Notes under the pieces: model-generated
Database searches by the model: none
Told to the model about the DNA's origin: nothing
What the model saw: only the letters and a program-made list of their open reading frames with translations
Shown here: positions 1 through 10,285 of the stretch, piece after piece
Layout of the letters: the number at the start of each line of letters is the position of its first letter
How positions within the stretch are numbered: position 1 is the first letter of the stretch
From: Candidatus Omnitrophota bacterium
GTDB taxonomy: Bacteria; Omnitrophota; Gorgyraeia; JAFGHF01
Assembly: GCA_020341815.1 (NCBI GenBank)
Contig: CP070837.1
Location: 8,034 to 72,033, forward strand
Direction: 5' to 3'
Length of the DNA: 64,000 bases
Translations under genes and position numbers: made by a program

Positions 1-1250
1 CCAAAGTCCGAAAAGCTCCTACTGGTAAGATTGTAACCTGCCTCCATCTGAAGATTATAATTTATAGGCAGGGCTAACCTGTTAAAGAAGGTGTGTCTTC
101 TGATATCAGATTCCCTGCTTGAGCTGTCTGCCTCAAAAAACTCATATCCCGATTTTAAAGAAATATGCCTTGCGATGAGTTCAACTTTTTCCAATGCTTC
201 TTTTGCCCTGAAATGCAAGGGGTAAACGCTGAGTATCCTTTTATATTCGGCCTCTGCCTCTTTCCACATAGACTGATAAGAATAAATCTGGCTTACATCA
301 AACATCGCCTCTACATTTTTCGGGTCTTTTTCAATGAGCCTCTTGTAATAGGAAATGGCTCCTCTTATGCGGTTGTTCCAATAGGCCTCTTTCGCCTTCA
401 ATTCCAGCTCAATTTTTTCATTGTATTTAGTGCTTAAAATTTTCCGGTATTCCTCTTTCGATTTCTCGTATTCCCTCGCCCAGCCGAGAACACGGGCCTT
501 GCGCAACCTAACGTCTTCATCTTCTGCCGCTGCGAGAATTTCATCATAACGGCTGAGGGACTTCTGGTAATTTCCGGAATAAGCATAGATATCTGCCAGA
601 TGGCTCTTTGCCTTTATATTGCCTGGCTCCTGCCGAAGAATTTCCTTCAAAATTTCTTCGGCGCGCTCATAATTTCCCGAGTAAAGCAGGGCCTGGGCCT
701 GAAGAAACTTAAGGTTTTGCTCTTCCAGCTTTTGTTTTTTTAGCTTCTTTTTCTTCTTTTCCTTTTCCTCCTCTTTTTCTTTCTCCATGAGGTCTTCGTA
801 AATTTCCGCCGCCTCTTGCACCTTGCCTGAATACTGCATCGTTTTCGCCAGCAATAATTGCGCCTCGTAATCATCGGGGTTTTCTTTCAGGATTCTCTCA
901 GCCGTATTTTTTGCTTTCTCGAACTGGTCACTCCACATATAAGCCTCTGTCAGGGCTCGCATTATAGCGTGATCCTTAGGGTTGCTGGCGAGAATCTGGT
1001 CAAACAGCTCTATCGCTCTTTGATAACCTCCCGTCCAAAGGCGCGCATATGCCAAATCTCTTACTGCTTGCGGATGCGAAGGATTTATTGTCAGGGCTTT
1101 CTCATATAATTCTATTGCCTTTTCAAATTCACCCTTTTCAAAAAAGCGTTGCCCCCGGTGATAATTCATATCGGCCTGTTGAGTATGCTGATAAATCAAT
1201 GTCGTTACCGCGGAAATCAATAATATGAAAATAATCCAGATTATTTTCAT
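1..1250 (-). CDS. TPR-repeat exported/outer-membrane protein (3' partial, runs off window)
   Basis: Hand-translated from ATG at 1250: MKIIWIIFILLISAVTTLIYQH... then repeated TPR-like helices (GEFEKAIELYEKALTINP, GNYERAEEILKEILRQEP); not in ORF track because no stop in window. Confidence 0.8.
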   Translation of the reverse strand, partial: MKIIWIIFILLISAVTTLIYQHTQQADMNYHRGQRFFEKGEFEKAIELYEKALTINPSHPQAVRDLAYARLWTGGYQRAIELFDQILASNPKDHAIMRALTEAYMWSDQFEKAKNTAERILKENPDDYEAQLLLAKTMQYSGKVQEAAEIYEDLMEKEKEEEKEKKKKKLKKQKLEEQNLKFLQAQALLYSGNYERAEEILKEILRQEPGNIKAKSHLADIYAYSGNYQKSLSRYDEILAAAEDEDVRLRKARVLGWAREYEKSKEEYRKILSTKYNEKIELELKAKEAYWNNRIRGAISYYKRLIEKDPKNVEAMFDVSQIYSYQSMWKEAEAEYKRILSVYPLHFRAKEALEKVELIARHISLKSGYEFFEADSSSRESDIRRHTFFNRLALPINYNLQMEAGYNLTSRSFSDF

Positions 1251-1257
1251 TTTCTGC

Positions 1258-1998
1258 CTAAACCTCTATAGGTAAAACCCTGTAACTAACTGCATTCTTA
1301 TTCTCAAGGCCTATTTTTATAGCGTGATGCTTCTTCAAAGTATCTTTTTCCAAATCGTACATCTTTGCTCCGCCGCCTCCGGTTATAATTATATGGTAGC
1401 CATCAAGACGGCAATCCTGAAAGGCATGGATATGCGCGGCAACAATACATTCTATCTGGCTTTTATATTTATCCATTATTACCTTTAGTGCCTGCCATTC
1501 CTCACTCTTCATGCAACTGGCATGCAGGCCGGTTGAAGGAGGAACATGAAAAAAGATAAATGACTTCTTTTTTTTATTTTTCCTCAGTTCTTCCTCTAAA
1601 AAGCCAAGCTCGTTCCTGGAAAATGGCGCCGTAGAATTATTGAGACAAATAAATACTATATTTTTTGATATAACTGCATAGGAAGATGAGCCAAGAGCTT
1701 TGCGATAGTCCGGCATATCGTGATTACCACAGAGCGTAAATACAGGCACGCTTACCCTCCTGTTGCAAAAATCAATTACTTCCCGAAACTCATTCTTCGT
1801 ACCTTCGCAGACAAGGTCTCCTAATATGAAAAATAGATCTGCTTTCTTGCGCAATATCTTATCCAGCACTTTCTTGCTTTCTTTATCGAATCCGGTGCAA
1901 CCGGAATCCCCCAGCAATATGAAATTTCTAACTGTTTTTACATTAATCTCTTTCTTATTAATGCGCTGGATACCTGGTCTCAATTTGGATTCAGACAT
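1258..1998 (-). CDS. Calcineurin-like metallophosphoesterase
   Basis: GDS, GDLV, GNHD, HVPP and AHIH metal-binding motifs. Confidence 0.85.
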   Translation of the reverse strand: MSESKLRPGIQRINKKEINVKTVRNFILLGDSGCTGFDKESKKVLDKILRKKADLFFILGDLVCEGTKNEFREVIDFCNRRVSVPVFTLCGNHDMPDYRKALGSSSYAVISKNIVFICLNNSTAPFSRNELGFLEEELRKNKKKKSFIFFHVPPSTGLHASCMKSEEWQALKVIMDKYKSQIECIVAAHIHAFQDCRLDGYHIIITGGGGAKMYDLEKDTLKKHHAIKIGLENKNAVSYRVLPIEV

Positions 1999-2028
1999 AT
2001 CAATAACCTTTAAGGTTATTTAACAAAA

Positions 2029-2052
2029 AGCCCCAAGATAATCCTTGAGGCT
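2029..2052 (-). terminator. Intrinsic terminator hairpin (AGCCYCAAG family, copy 1)
   Basis: AGCCCCAAG-ATAATC-CTTGAGGCT preceded by A-run on + (U-tract on -). Confidence 0.6.
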
Positions 2053-2081
2053 GCGTAAAAAATTAGCTGAATAATCCTAGC

Positions 2082-2600
2082 CTATTTCAAATAGGCTCTG
2101 ATAATCTTTTGTTTTCCGGAGGCACTCTCTATTTTCTTAACCGCCTCATAGCCGGAAATAACTTCGCCGAAGATTGTATGACGCATATTAAGCCAGGGCG
2201 TCTTTACGGTCGTAATAAAAAATTGGCTGCCGTTTGTGTTTGGACCGGCATTAGCCATGGCAAGTAAGCCCGGGCGGTCAAACTTGACTTTAGCATCCAC
2301 TTCATCTTCAAAAGGCTTACCCCAGATTGAGCTCCCCCCTCTTCCTGTGCCGGTAGGGTCTCCTCCCTGAATCATGAAGTCCTTTATCACCCGGTGAAAG
2401 ACGGTTCCGTCATAATAACCTTTCTCAATCAATGCAGAGAAGTTCTCACAGGTCTTAGGTGCTATATCGGGCATCAACTTAAGCTCAATTACGCCCTGCT
2501 CGGTCTCTAAAACTACAATTTTATCCTGTGCAGCAGCATCGCTATTTGAGAAACCGCCCATTAGTCCCCCTAACAATAAAATAATCAAAAGTTTTCTCAT
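2082..2600 (-). CDS. Cyclophilin-type peptidyl-prolyl isomerase with signal peptide
   Basis: [22 protein letters not shown] and [17 protein letters not shown]; start moved to ATG 2600 ([10 protein letters not shown] signal) to avoid overlap. Confidence 0.92.
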   Translation of the reverse strand: MRKLLIILLLGGLMGGFSNSDAAAQDKIVVLETEQGVIELKLMPDIAPKTCENFSALIEKGYYDGTVFHRVIKDFMIQGGDPTGTGRGGSSIWGKPFEDEVDAKVKFDRPGLLAMANAGPNTNGSQFFITTVKTPWLNMRHTIFGEVISGYEAVKKIESASGKQKIIRAYLK

Positions 2601-2602
2601 GG

Positions 2603-2968
2603 CTATGCAGAATAGATAAGAAGCGCCCCGATAACCAAGGCAAAAAGGGCATGCGTGCGTAAAAATGCAATCGGTCTTTTTTTCCACCACTCAAGTATGG
2701 ATATGGCCTGCTCCTGGCTAATTACAAAAAGGACAATACCTTTGATAAGCGCCAAAACACCAAACAGAGTCACAAACCAGCTTACCCTGCACCCTCCGGC
2801 AGCCAGTAAAAAGATAATACCTATTATAAGACTTAAAAATGCTCCTATGCGAATCTTTTTTCCTGTTTTCCAGAAATCCACATAGGCCTTCATTATATTC
2901 GGTCTTAATAGATAGACAATTCCAAACAGCATTATAACCAATCCCAAAAGCCTAACTAATATAACCAT
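2603..2968 (-). CDS. Small integral membrane protein
   Basis: Four hydrophobic segments, RBS AGGAGG upstream. Confidence 0.7.
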   Translation of the reverse strand: MVILVRLLGLVIMLFGIVYLLRPNIMKAYVDFWKTGKKIRIGAFLSLIIGIIFLLAAGGCRVSWFVTLFGVLALIKGIVLFVISQEQAISILEWWKKRPIAFLRTHALFALVIGALLIYSA

Positions 2969-2998
2969 AATCGCCTCCTTTTAGTCAATTATAACCTA

Positions 2999-3520
2999 TT
3001 AATGCTTCTTATACAAGCCAATTAATTCTGCCTGATCCAGTATATGGCCCTGCATGGCTCTTTCTAAGCCTTTTTTACTTATGCCTTCGGGCAGATTAAG
3101 CTCTGTATCCAGCGCATACATCTTAAAGAAATAACGATGCGTCCCCGAAGGCGGACAAGGCCCGCCGTAGTCCTTGCGGCCGAAATCGTTGCTGCCCTGA
3201 GTGCCGGGAATGCTGTTTTCTTCAATCCTGGAAATAAGCGGGATATTATACACTACCCAATGCACCCAGGTGCCCATGGGCGCATCCGGGTCATCTACAA
3301 TTAAGGCCAGGCTTCTGGCGCCAGCAGGCAACTCATCGATAATCAAGGCGGGATTAATATCCTCTCCCTGACAGGTAAATTTGGCTGGCATAACTGCATT
3401 ATGTTCGAAATCCGGACTGCTTAATTTCATCTTATTTACGCCTCCTTTCTCAATTTGAGCTTTGGCGCAAGAGCCAGATAACACAATAGCCGCAATTACC
3501 AAAAATCCTGTTATTCTCAT
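2999..3520 (-). CDS. YbhB/YbcL (PEBP, Raf kinase inhibitor-like) protein
   Basis: DDPDAP, WVHWVVYNIP, YGGPCPPSGTHRYFF. Confidence 0.92.
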   Translation of the reverse strand: MRITGFLVIAAIVLSGSCAKAQIEKGGVNKMKLSSPDFEHNAVMPAKFTCQGEDINPALIIDELPAGARSLALIVDDPDAPMGTWVHWVVYNIPLISRIEENSIPGTQGSNDFGRKDYGGPCPPSGTHRYFFKMYALDTELNLPEGISKKGLERAMQGHILDQAELIGLYKKH

Positions 3521-3528
3521 TGTCTTTT

Positions 3529-3768
3529 CTACTGCATAATTATATACACAAAAGCGATAATCCCCAATATAATAACCGCCGCCCCCATAATCCGGGTATT
3601 TTTTATCTCTTTTTCCATTGATATGGGCTCGATCTTCCAGTTAAAAGGCCGGTAAAGCGCTATTTGCATCTCGATAACCTGCCTGGGCCTTAAAGCCAGA
3701 TATGCTCCAAAGAGCATTGCTATAATAACTACAATAACCCGTATCCAGAAAAGACTCATTTCAACCAC
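3529..3768 (-). CDS. Small two-TM membrane protein
   Basis: Two hydrophobic helices, operon-like spacing. Confidence 0.6.
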   Translation of the reverse strand: MVEMSLFWIRVIVVIIAMLFGAYLALRPRQVIEMQIALYRPFNWKIEPISMEKEIKNTRIMGAAVIILGIIAFVYIIMQ

Positions 3769-4144
3769 CTTCTTTATGCCTTATGGCAGTCTCAATCTTA
3801 TTGACGAGCTCTTTGACACCAGTGGGCTTAGTAATGTAATCCACGACGCCTGCCTTATAGGCCTTGAGCTTATCTGTATCTTTATCCAATGCAGAAACAA
3901 CAATTATAGGAATATTTGAGGCAAAGGCATCATCATTAAGCATCTGGCAAACCTCCACCCCTCCTATTCCCGGCATAAGTAAATCAAGCAAAATAACATT
4001 TGGCTTAAAGCTGTGGATGTGAGATATGATATCTTTTGCGTTTGCGTAAGTTGCTACTTCATAGTTTCCGGTTTTTTCCAAATTCATTTTAGTTATTTCG
4101 AGGAAATTTTCTTCATCATCAATAATCATTATTTTCTTTTTCAT
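3761..4144 (-). CDS. Single-domain response regulator (REC)
   Basis: IIDDE, LLDLLMPG, VSA, YITKP. Confidence 0.92.
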   Translation of the reverse strand: MKKKIMIIDDEENFLEITKMNLEKTGNYEVATYANAKDIISHIHSFKPNVILLDLLMPGIGGVEVCQMLNDDAFASNIPIIVVSALDKDTDKLKAYKAGVVDYITKPTGVKELVNKIETAIRHKEGG

Positions 4145-4164
4145 AGTTTCTCCGACTATTTTAA

Positions 4165-5859
4165 TTATGATATCTTAAAAATTACAATAACTTTGGTGCC
4201 TTTGCCTATCTTGCTTTTTATTTCGATAATCCCTTTATGCATCTGAATGATATTCTGGGTGACCGACAGCCCCAATCCGACACCCTGGCCGATTTCCTTG
4301 GTAGTGAAAAATGGATCGAAAATCTTATTTAAATTATCTTTTGAGATTCCTATGCCTGTATCTTCTATCTCCACAATTATTACTTTTTCTCCGGCCCTAA
4401 AATGGATTCTGCCTCTTCCTCCCGGGCCTACTACACTTTTTGGCTTATCCAGGGTAAGGCAATAAGAACGGATAAACAACTCTCCCCCTTTGGGCATAGC
4501 CTGAATTGAGTTTAAAAGTAAATTGACAAAGACCTGCTCTATTTTATACTTATCCACCGAAACCTTTGGTAGATTTTCTTCTAACTCCTCAAGGACTTTT
4601 ATATTCTCTAACTTTATTTTATGGCCTATCAAAATCAGGGCACTGCCTAAAATTGAGTTTATATCTTCTGAGGTCTTCTTCAATTGCGAGGCCCTGGAAA
4701 AATCTACGAGTGTGCGTATAATATTATCGGCCCGTACAATATTGTCATCTGCGATGCGCAAGACTTCGCTAATTTCTTGTTTTGATGCGGAGGACACATT
4801 TTGTAAGAAATCGATACACTGCTTGATAGTCGCCAGTGGGTTTTTTACCTCATGAGCTACGCCGCTGGCCAGGCGTCCTAAGGCATTCATCTTTTCAGCC
4901 TGAATCAAGACATCCTGCATCTGTTCCAATTTTTTATAGGCGTTATCCAGTTCTTTTACCCTTTTCTTTTCAGACTGCGCAACTGCTGTTGCCACTGCAA
5001 GCTCTTTTTCCTTTTTCACAAGACTCCTGGTTGCTCTTAAGTCTCTGGCAATACCAACTATGCCTAAATATCCTCCTCTTTCATCGCTTAATACCGAACC
5101 GGAAAAATTGACAGGAATCTTTTTACCGCTTTTAGTTTTATAATTCATTTCATAATTTTTAACAAAGCCTTGCTTGCGCAATTTTTTCAATACTTTTTCC
5201 CTGAAGGGTAACCCTGTTTTATCTGCCAGGATAAGAGATGCCGGCCTCCCCAAAAGCTCTTTTGTCTTATAGCCTAAAAGTTGCGCCGTTGCCGGATTGA
5301 CCGTCCTTATTTTAGCCTGCGGATCCACTACAATAAGAGTAGAGGGCATGGATTTAATCACATTATCGCTGTAGCTTTTGGCTGCGGCCAAGGCCTTTTC
5401 CGCTTTTACCCGGTCGGTTACATCTTTGGAGATATGGACTAACTCCATAACGCGGCCCTTCTTATCTTTAATAGGATAAACGCTGACCTCTACGTAAAGC
5501 TCATTGCCGCGCTTGTCGAAATGCGTATGGAGTAAGCTTACAGGCCTTTTTGTCTTCAAAAGCTTACGCACCGGGCATACATCAAGGGGCGCCCGGCAGG
5601 GTTTTCCCCGCTGATGCGTAATCTTATAGCAAAAATTGCCGATTACGTCTTTGTATCTAAGCCCCAGGGCCTTTAATATTCTTTTGTTGGCCCAGATTAT
5701 TCTAAGGTCTTTGGAGAGGACTAAAATCTCATCGGTAATGTTATCCAGGGCAAGCCTTGCAATTTTTGTAATGTCTTCGCGTATTATGAAATCTTCCGAT
5801 TTATTTTTTCTGGTTTTTAATTTCTGAGCAGTCATTTTATCGCTGGGGCTCTTGGACAC
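4165..5859 (-). CDS. PAS-PAS sensor histidine kinase
   Basis: Two PAS domains, H-box AHEVKNPL, N-box NLLLNSIQAM, G-boxes DTGIGI / GVGLGL. Confidence 0.92.
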   Translation of the reverse strand: MSKSPSDKMTAQKLKTRKNKSEDFIIREDITKIARLALDNITDEILVLSKDLRIIWANKRILKALGLRYKDVIGNFCYKITHQRGKPCRAPLDVCPVRKLLKTKRPVSLLHTHFDKRGNELYVEVSVYPIKDKKGRVMELVHISKDVTDRVKAEKALAAAKSYSDNVIKSMPSTLIVVDPQAKIRTVNPATAQLLGYKTKELLGRPASLILADKTGLPFREKVLKKLRKQGFVKNYEMNYKTKSGKKIPVNFSGSVLSDERGGYLGIVGIARDLRATRSLVKKEKELAVATAVAQSEKKRVKELDNAYKKLEQMQDVLIQAEKMNALGRLASGVAHEVKNPLATIKQCIDFLQNVSSASKQEISEVLRIADDNIVRADNIIRTLVDFSRASQLKKTSEDINSILGSALILIGHKIKLENIKVLEELEENLPKVSVDKYKIEQVFVNLLLNSIQAMPKGGELFIRSYCLTLDKPKSVVGPGGRGRIHFRAGEKVIIVEIEDTGIGISKDNLNKIFDPFFTTKEIGQGVGLGLSVTQNIIQMHKGIIEIKSKIGKGTKVIVIFKIS

Positions 5860-6421
5860 CCTCTTCTATATATTTAAAGAGAAATGTTGCTCTGGATAAT
5901 TTATCAAATAATATCTCTTCCTGAATAAAGGCGGGTGAGGTATCGATAAGCTTGGAAAGCCCTTCCCAGAATCCGAACCACCCCAGGGGCATAAGAATAA
6001 TTGCCATAATCTCAATAGCCAGCACGCTTAAAAACTTAAAATAGGTGGCCGTGGTTAAGAAGCCCAGAGAACAAATACCCACACCCACGAATATCGCCCC
6101 GCGAATGCGAATGCGCTTAATGATTTTCTTCTTCTGCAGAAAGCTATGGTGGAAATGCTCCTTCAGGTGGCGCGCAACCATTTGTTCGGACTCTTTATTC
6201 TTCAGGGAAATGGGGGCATAAATTACTATCACAAATTCGCCCTTTCGTGTTTCCCTGTATCGTTTTTTCAGCTCCTCAACAAAATCTCCGGAAACCGTGC
6301 GTTCATTCAAAGGCCTGGGGTCGAAATCGGAAAAGATATCATCCCAGGTGTCAATGACGACGGCTATCTCCCTTAAGTCCTGTATCCTTTGCTGTGTCTC
6401 TTTGTTAATCTTCTCTTTCAT
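5837..6421 (-). CDS. Conserved membrane protein of unknown function
   Basis: DIFSDFDPRP N-terminal motif plus two TM helices. Confidence 0.7.
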   Translation of the reverse strand: MKEKINKETQQRIQDLREIAVVIDTWDDIFSDFDPRPLNERTVSGDFVEELKKRYRETRKGEFVIVIYAPISLKNKESEQMVARHLKEHFHHSFLQKKKIIKRIRIRGAIFVGVGICSLGFLTTATYFKFLSVLAIEIMAIILMPLGWFGFWEGLSKLIDTSPAFIQEEILFDKLSRATFLFKYIEEGVQEPQR

Positions 6422-6435
6422 GCCTCAAGCTCCCA

Positions 6436-6924
6436 TTATCTTGCCTGCGCAATGCCCGGCAAATACAATATATCTTCCGGCTGGAGAAACTCCAGCTCTA
6501 TGATTTTCCACTTGCCTTCTTCCTTTTTGAAATGCACTTTAAGCTTGGCCTTATCGTATTCGATAACTTCAAGACCCTGTCTCTGTCCATAAGCAAGCGC
6601 CTCTATCTCTACCAAAGCATTTTCACCTTTAATATCTATCTCTAGCTCGGTTATTTTGATAGAGATATTATCGTATTCGGCAACTAGACCCTTGCCGATA
6701 AGAAAGAGCCTGCTGCGGTCATTGCCGTATTTATCCTGATAATCGAAAGAAACATAAAAGATAGAGCGGATAAGGTCTTCTTTTTCTATGGCTCTTTTGG
6801 CCGAATAAATAAGCCGCCTCAAGCGCCCTTCTTCCCCTTCAAGAATGCTCTTTATTGCGGAAAATAAAATCAAGCCGATAAATAAAACAATTGCAGTAAC
6901 TATTATATTTTTTATCTTTCCCAT
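6436..6924 (-). CDS. Membrane-anchored NTF2-like hypothetical protein
   Basis: N-terminal TM; C-terminal FKKEEGKWKI pattern typical of NTF2-like folds. Confidence 0.6.
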   Translation of the reverse strand: MGKIKNIIVTAIVLFIGLILFSAIKSILEGEEGRLRRLIYSAKRAIEKEDLIRSIFYVSFDYQDKYGNDRSRLFLIGKGLVAEYDNISIKITELEIDIKGENALVEIEALAYGQRQGLEVIEYDKAKLKVHFKKEEGKWKIIELEFLQPEDILYLPGIAQAR

Positions 6925-6959
6925 TCGCTTTAAATAAGCTCGCTCCGCCTGCCAAAATC

Positions 6960-7379
6960 TTACTTTTCGAAGTCTTCATCGACCATTTTACGCATTCTTT
7001 TTTTCTCGGATCTTTTTCTTTTGTCCTGGAGCATCTTTTCTTTTGCTCTTTTTGAGCGTTTGCGCTTCTGGCGTCTTATTTTCTCTATTCTCTTTCTTTC
7101 CTCGGATAATCTCCCCAACAGACGCGCTTCAATCTTATTGGCGAGAATCCTTCTGGCTAAGAATCTGTTTAAGGCCTGGGAACGCTCACGACTGCATTTC
7201 ACCTCAATTCCGCTGGGGGTGTGTCTAAGATAGACGCAGCTTGCGGTCTTATTTACCTTCTGCCCGCCCCTTCCGCTTGAACGAATAAACTTCTCCTGAA
7301 GGTCCTGCTCGCGGATTTTCAGGGCTTCCATTTTTGCCCTTAAGGCCTCTTTTTTGGCCTTGGTTATGCCAAATTGCAT
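6960..7379 (-). CDS. Short class I release-factor-like protein (GGQ, ArfB/PrfH-like ribosome rescue)
   Basis: RSSGRGGQKVNKT, RERSQALNR, long basic C-tail. Confidence 0.85.
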   Translation of the reverse strand: MQFGITKAKKEALRAKMEALKIREQDLQEKFIRSSGRGGQKVNKTASCVYLRHTPSGIEVKCSRERSQALNRFLARRILANKIEARLLGRLSEERKRIEKIRRQKRKRSKRAKEKMLQDKRKRSEKKRMRKMVDEDFEK

Positions 7380-7405
7380 ATCTCAATTATACTCCCAAAA
7401 ACAAA

Positions 7406-7431
7406 CAGCCTCAAGATAAATCTTGAGGCTG
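7406..7431. terminator. Terminator hairpin (copy 2)
   Basis: CAGCCTCAAGA-TAAA-TCTTGAGGCTG perfect stem. Confidence 0.65.
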
Positions 7432-7470
7432 AAAGATATAATCAAACTCTCTATTTCCATATCTATCTAC

Positions 7471-8124
7471 TCAGTTAATTTCCAATTCCAGTTTGGATAT
7501 TAACTTATCCACTTCTTTTACAACGCGCGCAGGAAATACCTTGCTAATCTTAATCTCTTCTCTTATAGACTTAAGCAGAGACAAAAAGCGCCTGATTAAG
7601 CTCAGCTTTTTCTTCTGCCAGGCCTCCTGCGGCAGGAGCTCTTCCCGCTGCTTCATTAGTGCCGTAAGGTCCTTTTTCACCGAACGCTCATCTTTTCCGT
7701 TCTCAAAGACATTGGCTCTTAAGCGCTCGTAATCGCTTCTGTCCAGCTCCTTTTTGCTTTTGGCAAGGCGAAGGGCATTTATAGAATCGAGCGTAGGCAC
7801 CGAAGAGGCCTCCTCTCCATAATCATTCTTAAGATATGCCGACTCTTCCTGCTCAAGAAAATAATAAGACTTCAAGAGCTTAAGCGCTGTCTGCTTGCGT
7901 ATGCCGATCTCTTTTGCGGTATACTTATCAAAATTACTGTATCCCCAGTCCTTATATAGCTTATCCTTCCAGACCGAATAAAGAGTCTGGCCCAATTCTA
8001 TCCACGATGTCTTAAAATGCTTGGCATTTTTCAGAACCTGATGCCTCAATGAAGAATCATCCATATTTTCCATCAACTCTTCGATATTTCTTATCGATTT
8101 TGTCTTTACAGCACTCGTAGTCAT
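7471..8124 (-). CDS. Conserved hypothetical protein
   Basis: 217-aa ORF with RBS GGAGGAG; FKTSWIELGQ..WGY motif; function unknown. Confidence 0.7.
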   Translation of the reverse strand: MTTSAVKTKSIRNIEELMENMDDSSLRHQVLKNAKHFKTSWIELGQTLYSVWKDKLYKDWGYSNFDKYTAKEIGIRKQTALKLLKSYYFLEQEESAYLKNDYGEEASSVPTLDSINALRLAKSKKELDRSDYERLRANVFENGKDERSVKKDLTALMKQREELLPQEAWQKKKLSLIRRFLSLLKSIREEIKISKVFPARVVKEVDKLISKLELEIN

Positions 8125-8167
8125 AAGTTCTCCTCCCTTTGGCTTCTAATTATACCCCACTAACAAA

Positions 8168-8195
8168 AAAGCCTCAAGATAAATCTTGAGGCTTT
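8168..8195. terminator. Terminator hairpin (copy 3)
   Basis: AAAGCCTCAAGA-TAAA-TCTTGAGGCTTT. Confidence 0.7.
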
Positions 8196-8212
8196 ATATG
8201 CCATTCTATTGC

Positions 8213-8440
8213 TTACAGCTCAAACTTCCCGGACTCTTCTTTCTTCTCTTTAGAGAATCTGCCTTTGGTGTTATCAAGAGTCCGCTGAAGGGCCGTAAAT
8301 ATCTTATCTACCTCTTCGGCAGTATATTCATAACCGGGAGAGGATAGATTGCCTATCAGCTCTATCTTCTTTATTGCGTTCGTCACCCTTTGCGAGGCCA
8401 GGCGTTTAAACTTATCGTGCTTGCTTTCAGCTTCTGCCAT
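8213..8440 (-). CDS. Small conserved hypothetical protein
   Basis: KFKRLASQRV...IGNLS..YEYT..V.KIF pattern; RBS AGGAGG. Confidence 0.7.
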   Translation of the reverse strand: MAEAESKHDKFKRLASQRVTNAIKKIELIGNLSSPGYEYTAEEVDKIFTALQRTLDNTKGRFSKEKKEESGKFEL

Positions 8441-8481
8441 AACTTAAACCTCCTTTTTAAAGAAACATCCTAACAAAAATT

Positions 8482-9024
8482 TTATAACCGGGGACCGCCG
8501 GAAAAACGGAAAAATAGGGAAAATATAAGCATAAGGGCTGCTACTTGAATAAGCCAGCCGATTACGCAAACCCCCACAGCTCTTCCCATGCTTTTATAAT
8601 CAAGGGCTTGCCTGACAGCAATCGCCATAGCTATAAGCATCCAGATCGAAGAGGCGAAAAATACCAGAGGCCCTATTACAGGAAGGAAGCCAAAGATACG
8701 AATTAAGCCGGCTGAACTGGAGAAGCCGATGGTGCGCAGCATTTCCCCTATATCTGCCTTGGTCTGCGGCTCAGGAAGCAGCTTGGTTCCCACTAAATAA
8801 GTCAAGAATGCCCAGATATACCAGGCCATAAGCGCAGCCATTGTGCCCATAAAAATTCCACCCAGGCCAATCCTGCCGGTGTTTCCTATGCCGGCTGCGA
8901 TACTGGAAAGCACAACAACCCCCATCGCTTGAGACATTGCTGTCTTATCCGCTTCCACCTCTTCATATAATTGAGGTTCCAGGCGGGCAGCGCGAATAAT
9001 ACGGTTTACGAAATTATTCATCAT
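8482..9024 (-). CDS. YIP1-family membrane protein
   Basis: YEEVEAD N-terminus, five TM helices, AVRQALDY. Confidence 0.75.
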   Translation of the reverse strand: MMNNFVNRIIRAARLEPQLYEEVEADKTAMSQAMGVVVLSSIAAGIGNTGRIGLGGIFMGTMAALMAWYIWAFLTYLVGTKLLPEPQTKADIGEMLRTIGFSSSAGLIRIFGFLPVIGPLVFFASSIWMLIAMAIAVRQALDYKSMGRAVGVCVIGWLIQVAALMLIFSLFFRFSGGPRL

Positions 9025-10117
9025 ATCCTCCTTCGTCTTGCGGAGTGAGAGCGAGCTTATGCTGCGTCTTCAACTCCTCAATCTTGTTTAAGGGCTTCTC
9101 AAGCTGCCTCTTGCGGGTTGTGGTCAGGGCCTCATATTCCTTCTGGGTATCCTCGATGCGCTTACCCAAAACCTGAAGTTTATCTGAAAACTGCTTCCAT
9201 TGCTTCTTGAAAACAGCTAATAAGGAAAGTACCTCATTGGAAGTCTTCTCCAAGGCAAAATTATCCACCGCCTGGCGGATAATAGCTAAAACCGCAAATA
9301 AAGTTATCGGCGAACAAAAGACAACCTTATTTTTTATTCCCTCATCTAAAATCGAGCTGTCCTGCTCATGTATAAAAGCATAAATCTGTTCATTGGGAAT
9401 AAATAAGAGCACATAATCCACGGTGTTCTGCTCCGGATTGATATATTCGCGCGTGGTTACCTCTTTAATCCTGGAGCGCACATCCCTTAAGAAGTCATTA
9501 CGCAATTTTGTCTTTTCCTGAGCTGAATCAACTTCAAGGAATTTCACATAGTTATCCAGGGGAAACTTGACATCCATATTCATCTTCAGTTTGCGCGGCA
9601 GAAGAAAGGTAAAGTCAGGGCGGCTGCCCGGACCCTCAATGGCCTTTTGCTTTTGATAATTGATATTCTCCACAAAGCCTGCCAGGCGCAGGACATCCTC
9701 AGCCATACGCTCACCCCACTGACCTCTTGCCTTTGTACTGGCTAAGGCCTGGCGCAAGCTATCTGTGGTCTGGGCAAGCGCCTGTGTCTGCTCACCTGCC
9801 GTTTTTAACTGGCTGGTGAGTTCCCCGAATTTCTGCTCCCTGTCCTTTTCCAGCTTCTTGATCAGCTCAGAGACGCCCTCTAATTCCGAGCCCATCCTCT
9901 CTAATTGCTGATCAATCAGGCCCTTCTTATTGTCTAATTCCTTAATAGATAATTCTCTTTCCGAACTCAGTTTCTCTTTGGCCAATCCGATAATCGTCTC
10001 GATATTTTCCCTGCGCAGGGCATCATTTTCCCGGCGCATCCACTTCAAGGCCAAAGTAGCCCCCATGCCCAGAATAAAACCAAGCAAAACTATTCCCACA
10101 ACCGCCAGCCAGCTCAT
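9014..10117 (-). CDS. rmuC: DNA recombination protein RmuC
   Basis: N-terminal TM + coiled coil, RGQWGE, RPD, DVKFPL, LFIPNE, SPITL. Confidence 0.92.
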   Translation of the reverse strand: MSWLAVVGIVLLGFILGMGATLALKWMRRENDALRRENIETIIGLAKEKLSSERELSIKELDNKKGLIDQQLERMGSELEGVSELIKKLEKDREQKFGELTSQLKTAGEQTQALAQTTDSLRQALASTKARGQWGERMAEDVLRLAGFVENINYQKQKAIEGPGSRPDFTFLLPRKLKMNMDVKFPLDNYVKFLEVDSAQEKTKLRNDFLRDVRSRIKEVTTREYINPEQNTVDYVLLFIPNEQIYAFIHEQDSSILDEGIKNKVVFCSPITLFAVLAIIRQAVDNFALEKTSNEVLSLLAVFKKQWKQFSDKLQVLGKRIEDTQKEYEALTTTRKRQLEKPLNKIEELKTQHKLALTPQDEGGYDE

Positions 10118-10138
10118 AACTGCTCCTACTTTTGATAT

Positions 10139-10282
10139 TTATTGAACCGAAACTCTTTTAACTTTACCCTTTTCCCAGACAACAAGAGGCCGTCCAGATT
10201 TCTTATGGCGCTCTACTACTTCTTTCACAGCTTCTCTCAAAGCAAGCATTGCTTTATCTTGTAATGATTTTCGTGTTTTCAT
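10139..10282 (-). CDS. Small partner protein of zeta-toxin-like ATPase (47 aa)
   Basis: Hand-translated MKTRKSLQDKAMLALREAVKKVVERHKKSGRPLVVWEKGKVKRVSVQ, starting 3 nt after the ATPase stop. Confidence 0.65.
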   Translation of the reverse strand: MKTRKSLQDKAMLALREAVKEVVERHKKSGRPLVVWEKGKVKRVSVQ

Positions 10283-10285
10283 ATT

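Noticed and set aside
165-1109. Short plus-strand ORFs here and the many similar antisense ORFs across the window
   Set aside because: They lie opposite well-supported minus-strand genes and show no motifs.
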